The position numbers and the translations under genes were made by a program. This document shows, one piece after another, positions 12,665 to 24,233 of a DNA stretch of 64,000 nucleotides (positions are counted from its first letter, which is position 1; every line of letters starts with the position of its first letter). The notes beneath the pieces are model-generated. The model was not told the DNA's origin. It saw only the letters and a program-made list of their open reading frames with translations, and made no database searches. Source of the stretch: Eledone cirrhosa (lineage: Eukaryota). The stretch is from NCBI GenBank assembly GCA_964016885.1, contig OZ024741.1:43028001-43092000 (forward strand). Direction: 5' to 3'.

Positions 12665-14712
12665 ATGGAGTGGAAAAGATGGGAAAGACCACTTACCTTA
12701 CTTCTCGTAGAGGAAGGATGGTTTGGCCATCCCTTTCACTGCTTGTGGCCTCCTCCGGAAGGATGTCCTTATAAATCCTCCTGGAGAGTGTTTGTCGGAA
12801 GTCTCCGATGTCTTTGGGGACTTTTTGTTTTAGTGTCGTGTACGTTTTCTGTGTGTGCTAGTGATTTGTATGTGTGGAGGTGGTGTGAACTTTTGGGTTG
12901 TTGTGTAGTCTTTTTCTGTGATTCTTGTGTTTTGTTGCATGTAGTGTAATAATTGGTTGTTGTTCAAATTTAATTGTTTCTACTTTTGGCACAAGGCCAG
13001 CAATTATCCAGTACATTACTGGTACTTTATTTTATCGACCCCGTATAATTGGTTGTTGTTCAAATTTAATGCTGTGTAGTGTGTATCGTTTTGGTTGTTT
13101 TGTTTTGTTTACGTTTGTTGTGGTTTTGTTTCTGTTACGCTCTTTGGTCACTTCTGTGGTGTTGGTGATGGTGGTGTTGGGGTTAATGATGGTGATGGTG
13201 TTGGTATTTGTGGTAATGGGCTTGGTGATGCTGGTGTGGATGATGGCATATCTGTCCTAACGTTTTTGTTTGATAATTTATTTGTTTCCCTCTGTATTTT
13301 GGTTTTTTTTTGGGGGGGGGAAGGAAAGGAATTTTTTCTTTTTTGGTTTCTTGTTTTCTTTTTTCCAGATACCGTTTCCCACTCCTCGTCGTCACAATCT
13401 GTCTCCAGTTGCGATAAGCCGGGGAGTGGAACATACTCCACAGGCGTTGGTTTTGGTTGTGGCGTGGAAGATGGTGTAGGCGCTGGTGCCAGTACTGGCG
13501 CGTTGGGTGGTGGTGGTGTTGGTTTTGCTACTGTTGCTGGTGTTGTTGCTGTTACAGTTGCTTATGTTGTTGCTGCCGTTTCTGCTGCTGGTGGTGTTGA
13601 TGGTTGAGTCACTGGGGTGGGTAAGAGAGGGGGCCTCAACCTTTCAGCCTGAGGGCAGAAAGCCCTTAGGTGGGTTCCTTCACCACAAACGACACACCTA
13701 GGCCTTCTGCCTTCGACGATTACGGTGAGGTAGCTGCCGTCAGTGAGGTCTATTACCTCTAGGATCACCTCAATGATTTTATGGTCCGCTAGAATCAGGA
13801 GCTCCATCCCAGATCCGGACCAGTTCTCCTGCTTTTCTTTTGCTATTTCGTTTATCTTGGTGTTGGCCTCGATGCCGGCGAGGAAGGCAGCCATTAGCCA
13901 GGGAATATAGATGGCCGCTGGAACGTGGGTCACCCTGATCTTCAAAAGTCTCTGTCCACAATAGCTTGGGACGAGTGTGAAGTCGTCACTTCTTAATAGG
14001 GCCATGGAGTGTTTCTGGCCTCCTGTGGTGTTTCAAAGAACACGTCCACGGTTCCATATTTCTGCCCACGTCTGATGTGTGTTTTCTTTGCCCACACATG
14101 TCCCAAAGCTTTTTTGGATTTGGAACTCGGATGCCCGTTCACTCGGCGCGATTTTATGTTAATTGTCCGATAAAACACGGTGCATAGGCGACGATGCTCC
14201 ATTTTGTTAGGTGTGTGTGTGTGTGGGGGGGGGGGTGACCCTGTACCCATCTTTCTTTACCATTCTTTTGGCTTCTTCTAAAATTCCTCCTGAGTTACCT
14301 GGATCGCTTCGCACGTTTTTGCTATTCTGGCAAAACTCAGGGTAGTTTTCTTAATTTCATTGTTGCCGTTGTTGTTATCGTTATTTTTGTTATTGTTAAT
14401 TTTAGTTTCAGGTGGCGTCAGTGGTGTTCGGTGTGGAAGAGTTCATTTTGGTTGAATTCATTTCGATATCACGAGTTAATTTATTTTTTTCTTTTGTCGC
14501 TGTGGTGTGGTGGGGGTTGTCGCTGTGGTGGGGGTGGCGGCTTTAACATCTGCAGTCATTAGTAATGGCGGGAAATGAATGTCTGGCTGAGACAAATTTA
14601 AAATATTGCTACTGCTTATATTTTTAGTGTTAGCAAACGTAGTAATATTTACAATAGTGGTGTCGGTGTGAGGTGTTAGTTTGTGAGGAAGGAGTGACTC
14701 TGAGTCTTCCAT
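12665..14712 (-). pseudogene. Tx1 ORF1 remnant (CCHC zinc knuckle, long P/T-rich tail)
   Basis: 13562-14005 contains VEGRRPRCVVCGEGTHLRAFCP (CX2CX4HX4C). It lies upstream of ORF2, is frameshifted and is interrupted by a SINE. Confidence 0.7.
12975..13044 (-). mobile_element. 5'-truncated SINE inserted in the Tx1 element with a 26-bp TSD
   Basis: ataattggttgttgttcaaatttaat is duplicated at 12949-12974 and 13045-13070 around a 70-bp SINE 3' fragment. Confidence 0.85.
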
Positions 14713-16689
14713 GATTTTTCAAAGAAATTTGTTTTGTTTGATAATTATAAAAAGTTTAAATTTTGGGGCTCAAGGCCCCAATATTTTTGAGCGTCCTTTT
14801 CAGATAACAATGTATGTGCACTTATATACAGTTAACAATAAAAAATTTCCATAAATGGCAATTTTAAACAACTGAAAATAACAAACCTTTGCGGAGCTCA
14901 CGATGATACGATTTACTACGTAGGTCGCCAATAATAATAATAATAATAATAATTGATACAAAAATTTATCAGCGGAAAGTTAGACATATTTAGAAAATTC
15001 CATTTGAAATATGGCTTCTTCACCAAACCACAAGTCTTATATTTTCTCTCTTCAAGCTAGTAATTATCAAGAACCATTAAAATTACACTAATTTCCATAT
15101 GAGTCCATTACATATGCATGTATTGTTCTTGTTGATATTATATTTGTTCTATAATTACATATTTCTTTTTTTGTAACTATATTATTTTTTTGTAATTATA
15201 TTATAATAGGATGCTAATATCATTTGTATATGATAAGACTAAATTTGTTATGGTTATCCACTAACATATGAGCTCTGTTTAACATTCAATGCTTAATCAT
15301 GTATTTAAAAAACAATATTTTAAATCATATTTTTGTATACATTTTAGAATGCAGTGTTTAGTTAGATTCTTTCATTCATATCCTCTGCATTGTTCATTAT
15401 AAGCTAGAGGAGGCTGGTTTATTCTGAAAGTTTACATTTCATGCGAAATTATCAATAATTAAAATTCATAAAATTAAATGGAAAACTCGAACGCAAGAAT
15501 AGCTGTTAAAACAGCCAAATCCCTTCAATGCCGTCATACTAAAGTGCCAAATGTCGTCAATGACAGCATGAAAATCAGGTAAAAATACATATTTCAAAAG
15601 ACAGAAATATGTACTTCAAAGGCCAGTTGTTGGTAAAGAGAAAGGTAAAGATATGAGGTGAATGACAGCCAGATGAAACAAAGTCGAAGAAGAGAAAAAT
15701 GAGAAAAGTGTTGTCACAGAGAAGTGAGAAGAAGGAAAAAAGGAAGCTAAATAGAGATTTTGTTTACAATAATAGTCGAGATTAAAATTATGAATGTAAC
15801 AAAATGTACACATGTGTCTGACTTATTCAGCTCTCAAATAGGCTTGCGGTTTCACATGAATTAATTGAAGACCGTACATTTTATTCGATATTATGCAACA
15901 GAACATAAATAACATGATGCATGTGAGACAATAAGACAAACAGGGAGATAAATGAGAGAGCGAAATAAAGCGGCTAGAACGTCTTTGATCAGTCGACAGT
16001 TCGTTCTACGATTACATAGAATTGATCAACAACGGGATGCATGCAGCAATTTCCTTATATCTGTATCAGCGTGATAACTTTCCTAACATTTCCATTTGCT
16101 AAATATGGATGATAGCATTGCATTACACTTTAAGAAAAAGCCAAATGACCGATGTAACGACTATCGCTGGTTGTTCCCATATTGAAAGTAGTGCCCAGTT
16201 GAGACATACCGTCTTGCCGATGGAATAGTGCTACCCCTCTCCATTTATCTCTTTCTTTAGTCTTACTTTTAACTGTGTTACTCGAGCTGCTAGTGTCTAC
16301 AGTCAAATAATTCTCGAATAGTTGGAGGATTCTGTATGTTTACATTATATGCAAATTAGTCGAAATCTGATTTACTGTGTCCTATCGAAATGAGGACCTA
16401 ATTAATATATACCATAAATGATGTCATTTAACCTGCTAAAGTGCGCAGCCTGGTTATCACAGACGCATACCTAACGTCTTACAAATAAAAAGTAATTTGT
16501 CTAGTGTTCGGTGCTATACAAAAGGGGAACCACTAGAACGTCTATGATCATTCGTCAGTTGGTTCAATGATGACATCGGTCTAATCAACAATGCCTCGTG
16601 ATACACCCAACAATTTTCTAAACTCTGTTTCAGTCACATATTCATCATTCTATATTTTCACATTTAACAAACTCACTTCAATTTAAAAA

Positions 16690-16940
16690 CTCTTCCAAGC
16701 CCATAGCTCAACAGGCCGGTGTTTGCCCTGGTTTCATTGGTATTAAACGGCTGAGACTACAAAACCTCAGATCGCAAAAGTGACTACCAGTTAATGATTG
16801 AACTTGTTTTTTTTTTCAGTTTATTGAACCAAAATAACATGAAATGATTCATCTTGCGTAAGGACACAAGGTGCCACTTACTCCTCAAATCGAACCCATC
16901 ACTATCTTACAGGCCAATATCTTAGACTGCGGGCCTTCTT
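16690..16940 (-). mobile_element. Degraded tRNA-derived SINE (second family)
   Basis: catcttgcgtaaggacacaa..aatcgaacc resembles the family copy at 54283-54521 (gtcttgctcaaggaaacaac..aattgaactc). Confidence 0.5.
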
Positions 16941-18136
16941 AGGTAACTTATTGTATAATGCATGCTAAATGACATTTAATCAGCTGAACTACAAATTTGA
17001 AGTTTAAGGCATTTCATTCGTCATTTGTGGTTTGTGTGTAATATTTGTTCGTTTCGTCTCATAATAATTTGCTCTTTATGTTCAGTGGATAACCACAGTC
17101 ATTCAAATAAGTTTCATTTGTTTGAAGAGTGTAAGTAATATAAGTAATGAAATTAAATTGATTTATCTGGAATTTGGAATTGTGAACCTGAGCTAAAACG
17201 CCACTTTTTATCGTTGAAACATTGATTTCCTTACTTGTGTTATAGTACATGTGTCCTCCCTTTCACCAATCAATCGCTCAATCCTTTAATGTGAACATAC
17301 ATTGGGGATTACAAATTTAGTACATTCGGGCATTTAAGCTGTATATAAACACAATTGATATCCACTGAAACTGCCAGTCGCAAAGTTTGAACATCAATCA
17401 ATGAAATAGATTATGTAGTGATTTTTAGCTAGTAATGTTATTAGAAATTAGGATAAACATTACAAGGCCCGAGAAAAACCTTACAAAAATTATAGAAATC
17501 TTTTTAGTCACGAACATTACAAGTACTATTGATTAAAATGGGCAATCAAATAAGCTGAGATATGTTTGAATATTTTGAAAACACGTCACCACATATATTC
17601 AGAAATTACGTTTTAGTATGAATTCGCTTGTATTCAACTAAGAAGACATTTGATCGTGAAAAAGGATCCGTATCTGTGGCTATGTGTAAATCTTCACATA
17701 TGTGTTATGTTTTTTTCCTGTGTATATATGCGTAGAAAGGAGTAACTCGTGGGATATGCATAGTGATTAAGGCTATAAATCACAGCATCAATTCTGATAT
17801 GAGAAAACCCGCTGTATTAGTCCAATGGAACTGCGTCGCCGGTGGTATTAAATGGGTCTAGATGATTGAAAACGATACGACGTACAGACTCAATAAATTT
17901 GATACCGAGGTCTTTCATCTTTCCGTGTGAGTGACAGGAAGCTAACATATATAACCACATAAAACCTGCACCTCTGTATTTCAACACGTGATAATTCATT
18001 GGTTAGTAATATTGTGTAACAAATTAGTGAAACACGGAGTAGCAACTTTTCTAGTATCCTAGTATCATTTGTTTCACATTTGGTTAGATGTTATCTCTCT
18101 TGTCCGATACAATTCTCATTAGCCATGTACACGAGT

Positions 18137-18139
18137 ACT

Positions 18140-18190
<51 letters not shown>

Positions 18191-18335
18191 TTTAAATAAC
18201 AGATTAAAGTTTAAGTAAAGAATCGCTGCTTTAGCCTTCAAATTTATTATTATTACTATATATATATATATATAGTAATAATAATAAATTTGAAGGCTAA
18301 AGCAGCGATTCTTTACTTAAACTTTAATCTGTTAT

Positions 18336-18366
<31 letters not shown>

Positions 18367-18375
18367 TATCGAAGT
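18137..18375. repeat. Near-perfect palindrome centred on (TA)n
   Basis: acttcg(at)n t-run aaataacagattaaagtttaagtaaagaatcgctgctttagccttcaaatttattattattac is mirrored across the (TA)n at ~18258-18274. A longer single copy of the arm lies at ~51405-51665. Confidence 0.9.
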
Positions 18376-19174
18376 CCACCCAGCTTATGCTGACCGGACA
18401 ACCATGTTGCTTGTTTATTTTCCTATCTTCGGTTTGCTTTTATCCTTCTATGTTGTTTACTTGTTCCCCTCGCCTTACGCGAATTCTGGTCCAAATAACT
18501 TTTTTTAGTTATTGCTCGCACCAACCTGAGGTATCTGATTTTTAATGCGATGAAATACCAATGATGGTTGGAAAATCACTGACGGAGGACTATTTTTATC
18601 ATATGTAACCCATGTGCAAACCACGTAGTATTCTTCTTTCTTCTCATGTTTTTTATATATATTTACCTCGGGTGCGTTTGTCTGTTTCTCTCTTACTGCT
18701 TCCCCGCTCTCTCTGTTTCTCTCACCTTCATCGCCCCCTCTGTCAGTTACACTTTCTCTCGACTGACCTCTTCCTCACACTTCCACTCACTCACTTTCTG
18801 TTTCTCCCCTTTCCACTTCCTCCCGTATGGCTTGTGTGGGTCTCTTCTTGCTCACATCTCACACATCAACACGATCTGTACCTCTCTCGCTCATGAAATC
18901 CAGCCAACTTATGCTGACCGGAAAACCATGTTGCTTGTTTATTTTCCTATCTTCGGTTTGCTTTTATCCTTTTATGTTGTTTACTTGTCCCCCTCGCCAT
19001 ACGCGAATTCTGGTCCCAATAACTTTTTTTAGTTATTGCTCGCACCAACCTGACGTATCTTATTTTTAATGCGATGAAATATCAATGATGGTTGGAAAAT
19101 CACTGACGAAGGACTATTTTTATCATATGTAACCCATGTGCAAACCACGCAGTATGCGTCTTTCTTCTCATGTT
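18371..19174. repeat. ~280-bp direct repeat pair (offset 524 bp), resembling a partial-tandem PLE terminus
   Basis: 18371-18651 and 18895-19174 are nearly identical (cttatgctgaccgg..accatgttgcttgtttattttcc..aacccatgtgcaaaccacg). Confidence 0.85.
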
Positions 19175-19201
19175 TATATATATATAAATATATATTATAT
19201 A

Positions 19202-20065
19202 CGAGGTGTGTCAGAAAAGTTCCAGGATTGATGTCACAAAAGACTTATTTCAAACCCAAACTTCACATAAGAGTTTTCTCCTTCAAATTAATCCCCCTGG
19301 AGTATGTAACTGTAATCTTAGCTCTCTGCAGCGATCAAACTTTTTTCTTCATAATTTTATATACATGTCCTCTGTTTTATGTCGTCAAGCAACGATTACA
19401 GAAGAATCAACAAACTGGAAAACTCCGTTAGAAGCACTGGGATTGCTGCAGCAAGAGTTTTTGAGTGGTGCAAGAGGTTTAAAGAAGGACATGAGGACGT
19501 GAAAGATGAGCCCAGGAGCGGAAGGCCCTCAACAACCAGGACTGAGGTCAACGTTGAGCGCGTCAGGCAGATGGTGCGTAGCGATCCTCGGCTGACTGTT
19601 CGACTAATGGCAAATGAGCTGGGCGTGAATCGGGACAGCGTCTGGAATATTCTCACTGAAGATTTGGACATGCGGGAAGTCTCCGCGAAGATGGTGCTAA
19701 AACTGCAGAATGATGACCAGCAGAGTCCACGCATGCAAGTGTGCCAGGAGATACTCGAGCGTCTTGAAACCGAACCGACTTGCTAGGGACAGTCATCACC
19801 GGTGATGAGTCATGGATCTTCGAGTACGACCCGGAGGGGACCCGTTTTGAAGACGTGGACGACATAAAAAAGGCCGTGACGACTTAACTGCGGAGGATCC
19901 CGGAAGAATCATCCTTCCAGGAGTGCATAAAAGAGTGGCAGAAAAGGATAGAAAAGTGCATTAGACTCCATAGGGAGTACTTTGAAGGAGAAAACTCTTA
20001 GTTTGAAAGTTTGGGTTTGAAATAAATTTTGTGACATCAGTCCTGGAACATTTCTGACCCACCTC

Positions 20066-20066
<1 letters not shown>
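19202..20066 (+). mobile_element. Internally deleted mariner DNA transposon
   Basis: TA-flanked TIRs cgaggtgtgtcagaaaagttccagga..tgtcacaaaa / ttttgtgacatcagtcctggaacatttctgacccacctcg. The transposase remnant reads VFEWCKRFKEG..DEPRSGRP..VSAKMV..ITGDESWIFEYDPE and is joined directly to GTRFEDVDDIK..EKCI..YFEG, so the second and third catalytic Asp are deleted. Confidence 0.93.
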
Positions 20067-20119
<53 letters not shown>

Positions 20120-20195
20120 CGAAGGAAATGTGGTAAGGAACCAGGTGGACCATAACGCACCAAAGTACTCAATACTTAGGGTAGTAGAGTGGGTA

Positions 20196-20312
20196 ATAGG
20201 AACGAGTAGGACCCCGACGGCTGAGCTCAAACCGTTTCGACGGCTAATTCTGGACTTAGTCCAGAACTAGCCGTCGAAACAGCTTGAGCTAGCCGTCGGG
20301 GCCCTACTCGTT

Positions 20313-20317
<5 letters not shown>
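20196..20317. repeat. Palindrome built from two HHR-like 3' halves
   Basis: ataggaacgagtagg.ccccgacggct..gtttcgacggcta.ttctggact-t-agtccagaa.tagccgtcgaaac..agccgtcgggg.cctactcgttcctat. A fuller single copy lies at 51279-51387. Confidence 0.8.
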
Positions 20318-20387
<70 letters not shown>

Positions 20388-20459
20388 TTATATATATATA
20401 TTACATATATATATATGTATATATATGTAAACCTCTATATTATATACATATGATTGTGT

Positions 20460-20496
<37 letters not shown>

Positions 20497-20504
<8 letters not shown>

Positions 20505-20752
20505 ATACTTTGGGAGGGTTATTTTGCCAATAAGAAACACACGCACCAGTTGCTTTCACTTCAATTTAAATTTATAATTTATAGGTTTGTAGATTTGTAA
20601 ATTTATAAAATTATAAATATATAATAAATTGAAGTGAAAGCAACTGGTGCGTGTGTTTCTTATTGGCAACATGACCCTCCCAAAGTATAACAATATCGGT
20701 TTCAACACACGATTTCAGATAAAGAATCTTGCTAAACAAATTCAGAAACGAA
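20497..20752. repeat. Head-to-head pair of PLE 3' termini (family of 24228-25815 and 39290-43165)
   Basis: ttgttatactttgggagggt..gcaccagttgctttcacttcaattt is mirrored by aaattgaagtgaaagcaactggtgc..accctcccaaagtataacaa. Both sides abut (TA)n. Confidence 0.85.
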
Positions 20753-20792
20753 ATATATATATATATATATATATATATACATGAATGTGTGG

Positions 20793-20870
<78 letters not shown>

Positions 20871-21032
20871 AATCCATCCCTAATTGTGTATGTTGCTGTG
20901 TTTAATGTGCCGCCTAAGGCTAAGTGTAGCCTTGGTTATATGTATTTATGACTGTATATATGTTAGTACGGGAGATGTTTATTATTGTGCAAGCAGATAT
21001 AAATGATTCATATTTATGCAAACATCAATCTG

Positions 21033-21067
<35 letters not shown>

Positions 21068-21659
21068 AATTAGTATATCTACCAACATATATATATATAT
21101 ACAGATGCATACCTATGTTAGCAAATATATAGGTTTTGTCTTAGTAACCTTGTGGTTCAATGCAAGGGGATGCAGAACAATTATATGAATGACGTAAAAT
21201 AAGAAAATTATAAAAATTAACTTACTTACTAAAATTTCACTCCAACTAATTAGTTTCTTAAAGGGAATAAACATGGTTTCCAAATGGAATGCATGGATAA
21301 GCCGTTTCGTCATCAGGAAGTCTGTTCTCAGCTAAGATACCCGGCGATGCGTGGACACAGGGAACTCATACAAAAATAATTCAGTGGATGGAAAAAAGCA
21401 AGCGTGGACTAAATTCCAAGACATTGAAAAAATCACTGCCTACTTGGTCGGTGGCAAATTCAAAAGAATCAATCACGTGACATCGAGGTTAATCAGTGAG
21501 GAGTGGGGTGTTAAAAAGACAGTAGCCAAGCCATTACTATGAACTATAGTAGCAGTTTTGGCAAATTTTTGCTCAACAAAATAATTTGGAGTTAATTATA
21601 AAGAATTAGCATAGGTATGCATCTATATATATGTGTTGGTAGATATACTAATTCTTTAT

Positions 21660-22052
21660 AATTATCACATACACACACACACACACACACTCACACACAC
21701 ATATATATATATATACATATCCATACATAAACACACCAACAATTATATATATATATATATATACATGCACACACATACATAGATATATATATACATATAT
21801 ATATACATACACATACATACATACACACACACATACATACCCACATATATATACACATATGCATACGTACTCACATATAAAAGGATACATATGCACACAC
21901 ACAAATAAGAATAAATAATCATAGTAGGCCGTCACATACAAATAAGCAAATAAAAATAAGGATTAAGAAAATAAAAAATAAAAAATATTATTAAGTTGAC
22001 AGCGACACAAGACGGCAAAATTTAAAATAAAAATAAAAATAAAAATAATAAA

Positions 22053-22098
<46 letters not shown>

Positions 22099-22112
22099 GA
22101 CCAAACGCACCT
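21660..22112 (-). repeat. PLE-associated terminal repeat containing an uninterrupted (ATT)n tract; paralogous to 35785-35844 plus 38516-39100
   Basis: The reverse complement reads gtgcgtttggtcatt(tat)n..tttaaattttgccgtctt..tttgtatgtgacggcctactatgattattta, the same layout as the flanks of Tx1 copy 2. Confidence 0.8.
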
Positions 22113-23170
22113 GGTAACCCTTGATAAATTCCGTAAAGATGTAACCCTCGATAAATTCCGTAAAGTTTTAATCAATACTTTTGCTAATCTTAACCTTATA
22201 ATTAGTATAGATACGAACCTTACCAATGCTAATTTTCTTGACATTAATCTTGATCTACTTACTGCCTCTTTTAAACCTTATTCCAAAACTAACGAGAATC
22301 TAAGATATATACACAAAGAGTCTTGCCATCCCACCCCCCCATAGTTTTTAGAAATTTTATTCCCAATATTAGTCGTAGGATTTCTATTTTATCTTCTTCT
22401 CTAGACATTTTTAATAAAGCTGCCCCTTATTATAATAAAGCTCCCAGTAACAGCGACTTTACAGAACAGATTACATATTTACCTCCCCCTCCCCCTAAAA
22501 CTAATCACAATAATAGGAAAAGGAAAATTATTTGGTTGACACACCCCTTCACTCTAACTGTCGAAACTAATGTAGGAATGAAATTCCTTGACCTCCTAGA
22601 TAAGCATTTTCCCCATAATCATAGATATTATAAGATATTTAATAGAAATGTAGTTAAAATTAGTTAGTCTTGTTGCCCATCTATGAAGTCTAAAATCACC
22701 AACTCTAATCGTACGAGAATAAATCTAGGGTGCAGTTGCAGAAAGCCGGATGAATGCCCATAACAGGGCAAATGTAACACCAAATCCGTTGTATATGAGG
22801 CCAAAGTAACACCTTTGATTAACAACCAGCAAGCCAGGAGTGAATGATATTTTCGTATGACTTAAGGCAGGTTCAAAACCAGGTTTTATGCACATGTCGC
22901 TTCTTTTAAACACTGATAAAAGAACAGCAACGGCCGTCGCTAATAAGGTGTGGTAATTCAAAGATAATAACATCCCGTACTCTATCGATTGGTCTATTTT
23001 AGACCATTCGAGGGAATACCAAAGGGGCACAAAGAATTGTTCTTTGTCTTCCACTGAAAAAATTAGAATTCTACAGATTTTGAAAGCCACTTCAACTTGC
23101 CTTAACTCCAAGACCGCGATCTTCAGATGTTGTCCTCACCTGATATCACATCTGCTCTGTAACTGGATTG
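22113..23170 (+). mobile_element. 5'-truncated, degraded Penelope-like element (RT C-term + GIY-YIG)
   Basis: Translates as NFLDINLDL..FKPYSKTNENLRYIHKESCHP, RKRKIIWLTHPF..TNVGMKFL.LLDKHFP..HRYYKIFNRNVVKIS, CSCRK..CP, and YSIDWSILD..KNCSLS. Same lineage as 29385 and 32679. Confidence 0.85.
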
Positions 23171-23474
23171 ACATTCCTACGATGACTCAACCACCTTGAA
23201 CTTCTTCTTTGCTACGATGACTTAACCACCTTGAACTTCTTCTTTGCTCTTTACGCCTTACATCTACTACGACTTTTATTACTCTCTGAACTCACTTTCT
23301 GTACCCTTATTTTCTCTTTCTCCCTTATCTCCTCTTATTTTTTAACTTTTTCTTATGTTATTTATTTTCCTTATCCCACCTACTCTCTACCTTACCCATT
23401 ACATACCCGCCTTCTTTTGATTTTTAGATATTAATTTTACGTGTATGTATGTTGTCATGTATATGTGTATATAA

Positions 23475-23548
<74 letters not shown>

Positions 23549-23744
23549 ATATGTATGTATAAATTTGTTATATATATGTGTATGTGTATGTATGTGTATA
23601 TATATATATATATATATGTTTGTCTGTTTATATGTGTGAGTGTGTGTATTTTTATTTATGTGGTGTTGTAACCCTTTGTACTTATGTGTGTGAATATATT
23701 AGTGTGTGTGTATATATATAAATATATATGTGTATGTGTGTATA

Positions 23745-23785
<41 letters not shown>

Positions 23786-24165
23786 GTCTATGTATATATA
23801 TTTGTATGTAGTTGGTTGTGTTTATGTGTGTATGTATGGTTTTGTATGTATATGCATAGTTACATACAGAGTTTTTTAATGATTACTTTTATTGATTATT
23901 TGCTCCAGGAACTGTTGAGTGCTCGTAATTAGCTATAAACATTTATACCTTTATTTTTATTTGTTTTATGCCCTACTATTTGAATTCCTTCTCTTTATTT
24001 TTATTTTGTGTATGTATGTATATATATGTGTATATGTATATATATATGTATATATATGTATATTATGTATATGTATATATATGTATATATATGTGTATAT
24101 ATGTATGTGTGAATATTTATATATATATATATGTGCATACAATTGAAAATAAATATTTATGTATT

Positions 24166-24227
<62 letters not shown>

Positions 24228-24233
<6 letters not shown>

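Larger units (their letters stand above)
9061..14929 (-). mobile_element. Near full-length Tx1-clade non-LTR retrotransposon (~5.9 kb) inserted in (ATT)n
   Basis: ORF1 remnant with a CCHC knuckle, then ORF2 with APE, RT and C-terminal Cys/His domain. AATAAA lies just before the 3' end, and (AAT)n tracts flank both ends (9041-9060 and 14930-14953). Confidence 0.9.

Noticed and set aside
15975-16590. Diverged ~55-bp direct repeats (ctagaacgtct.tgatca.tcg.cagtt)
   Set aside because: Too short and diverged to assign.
17817-17999. Possible exon (GTGAGT donor near 17927; 60-aa minus ORF)
   Set aside because: No acceptor with a pyrimidine tract and no recognisable protein similarity.
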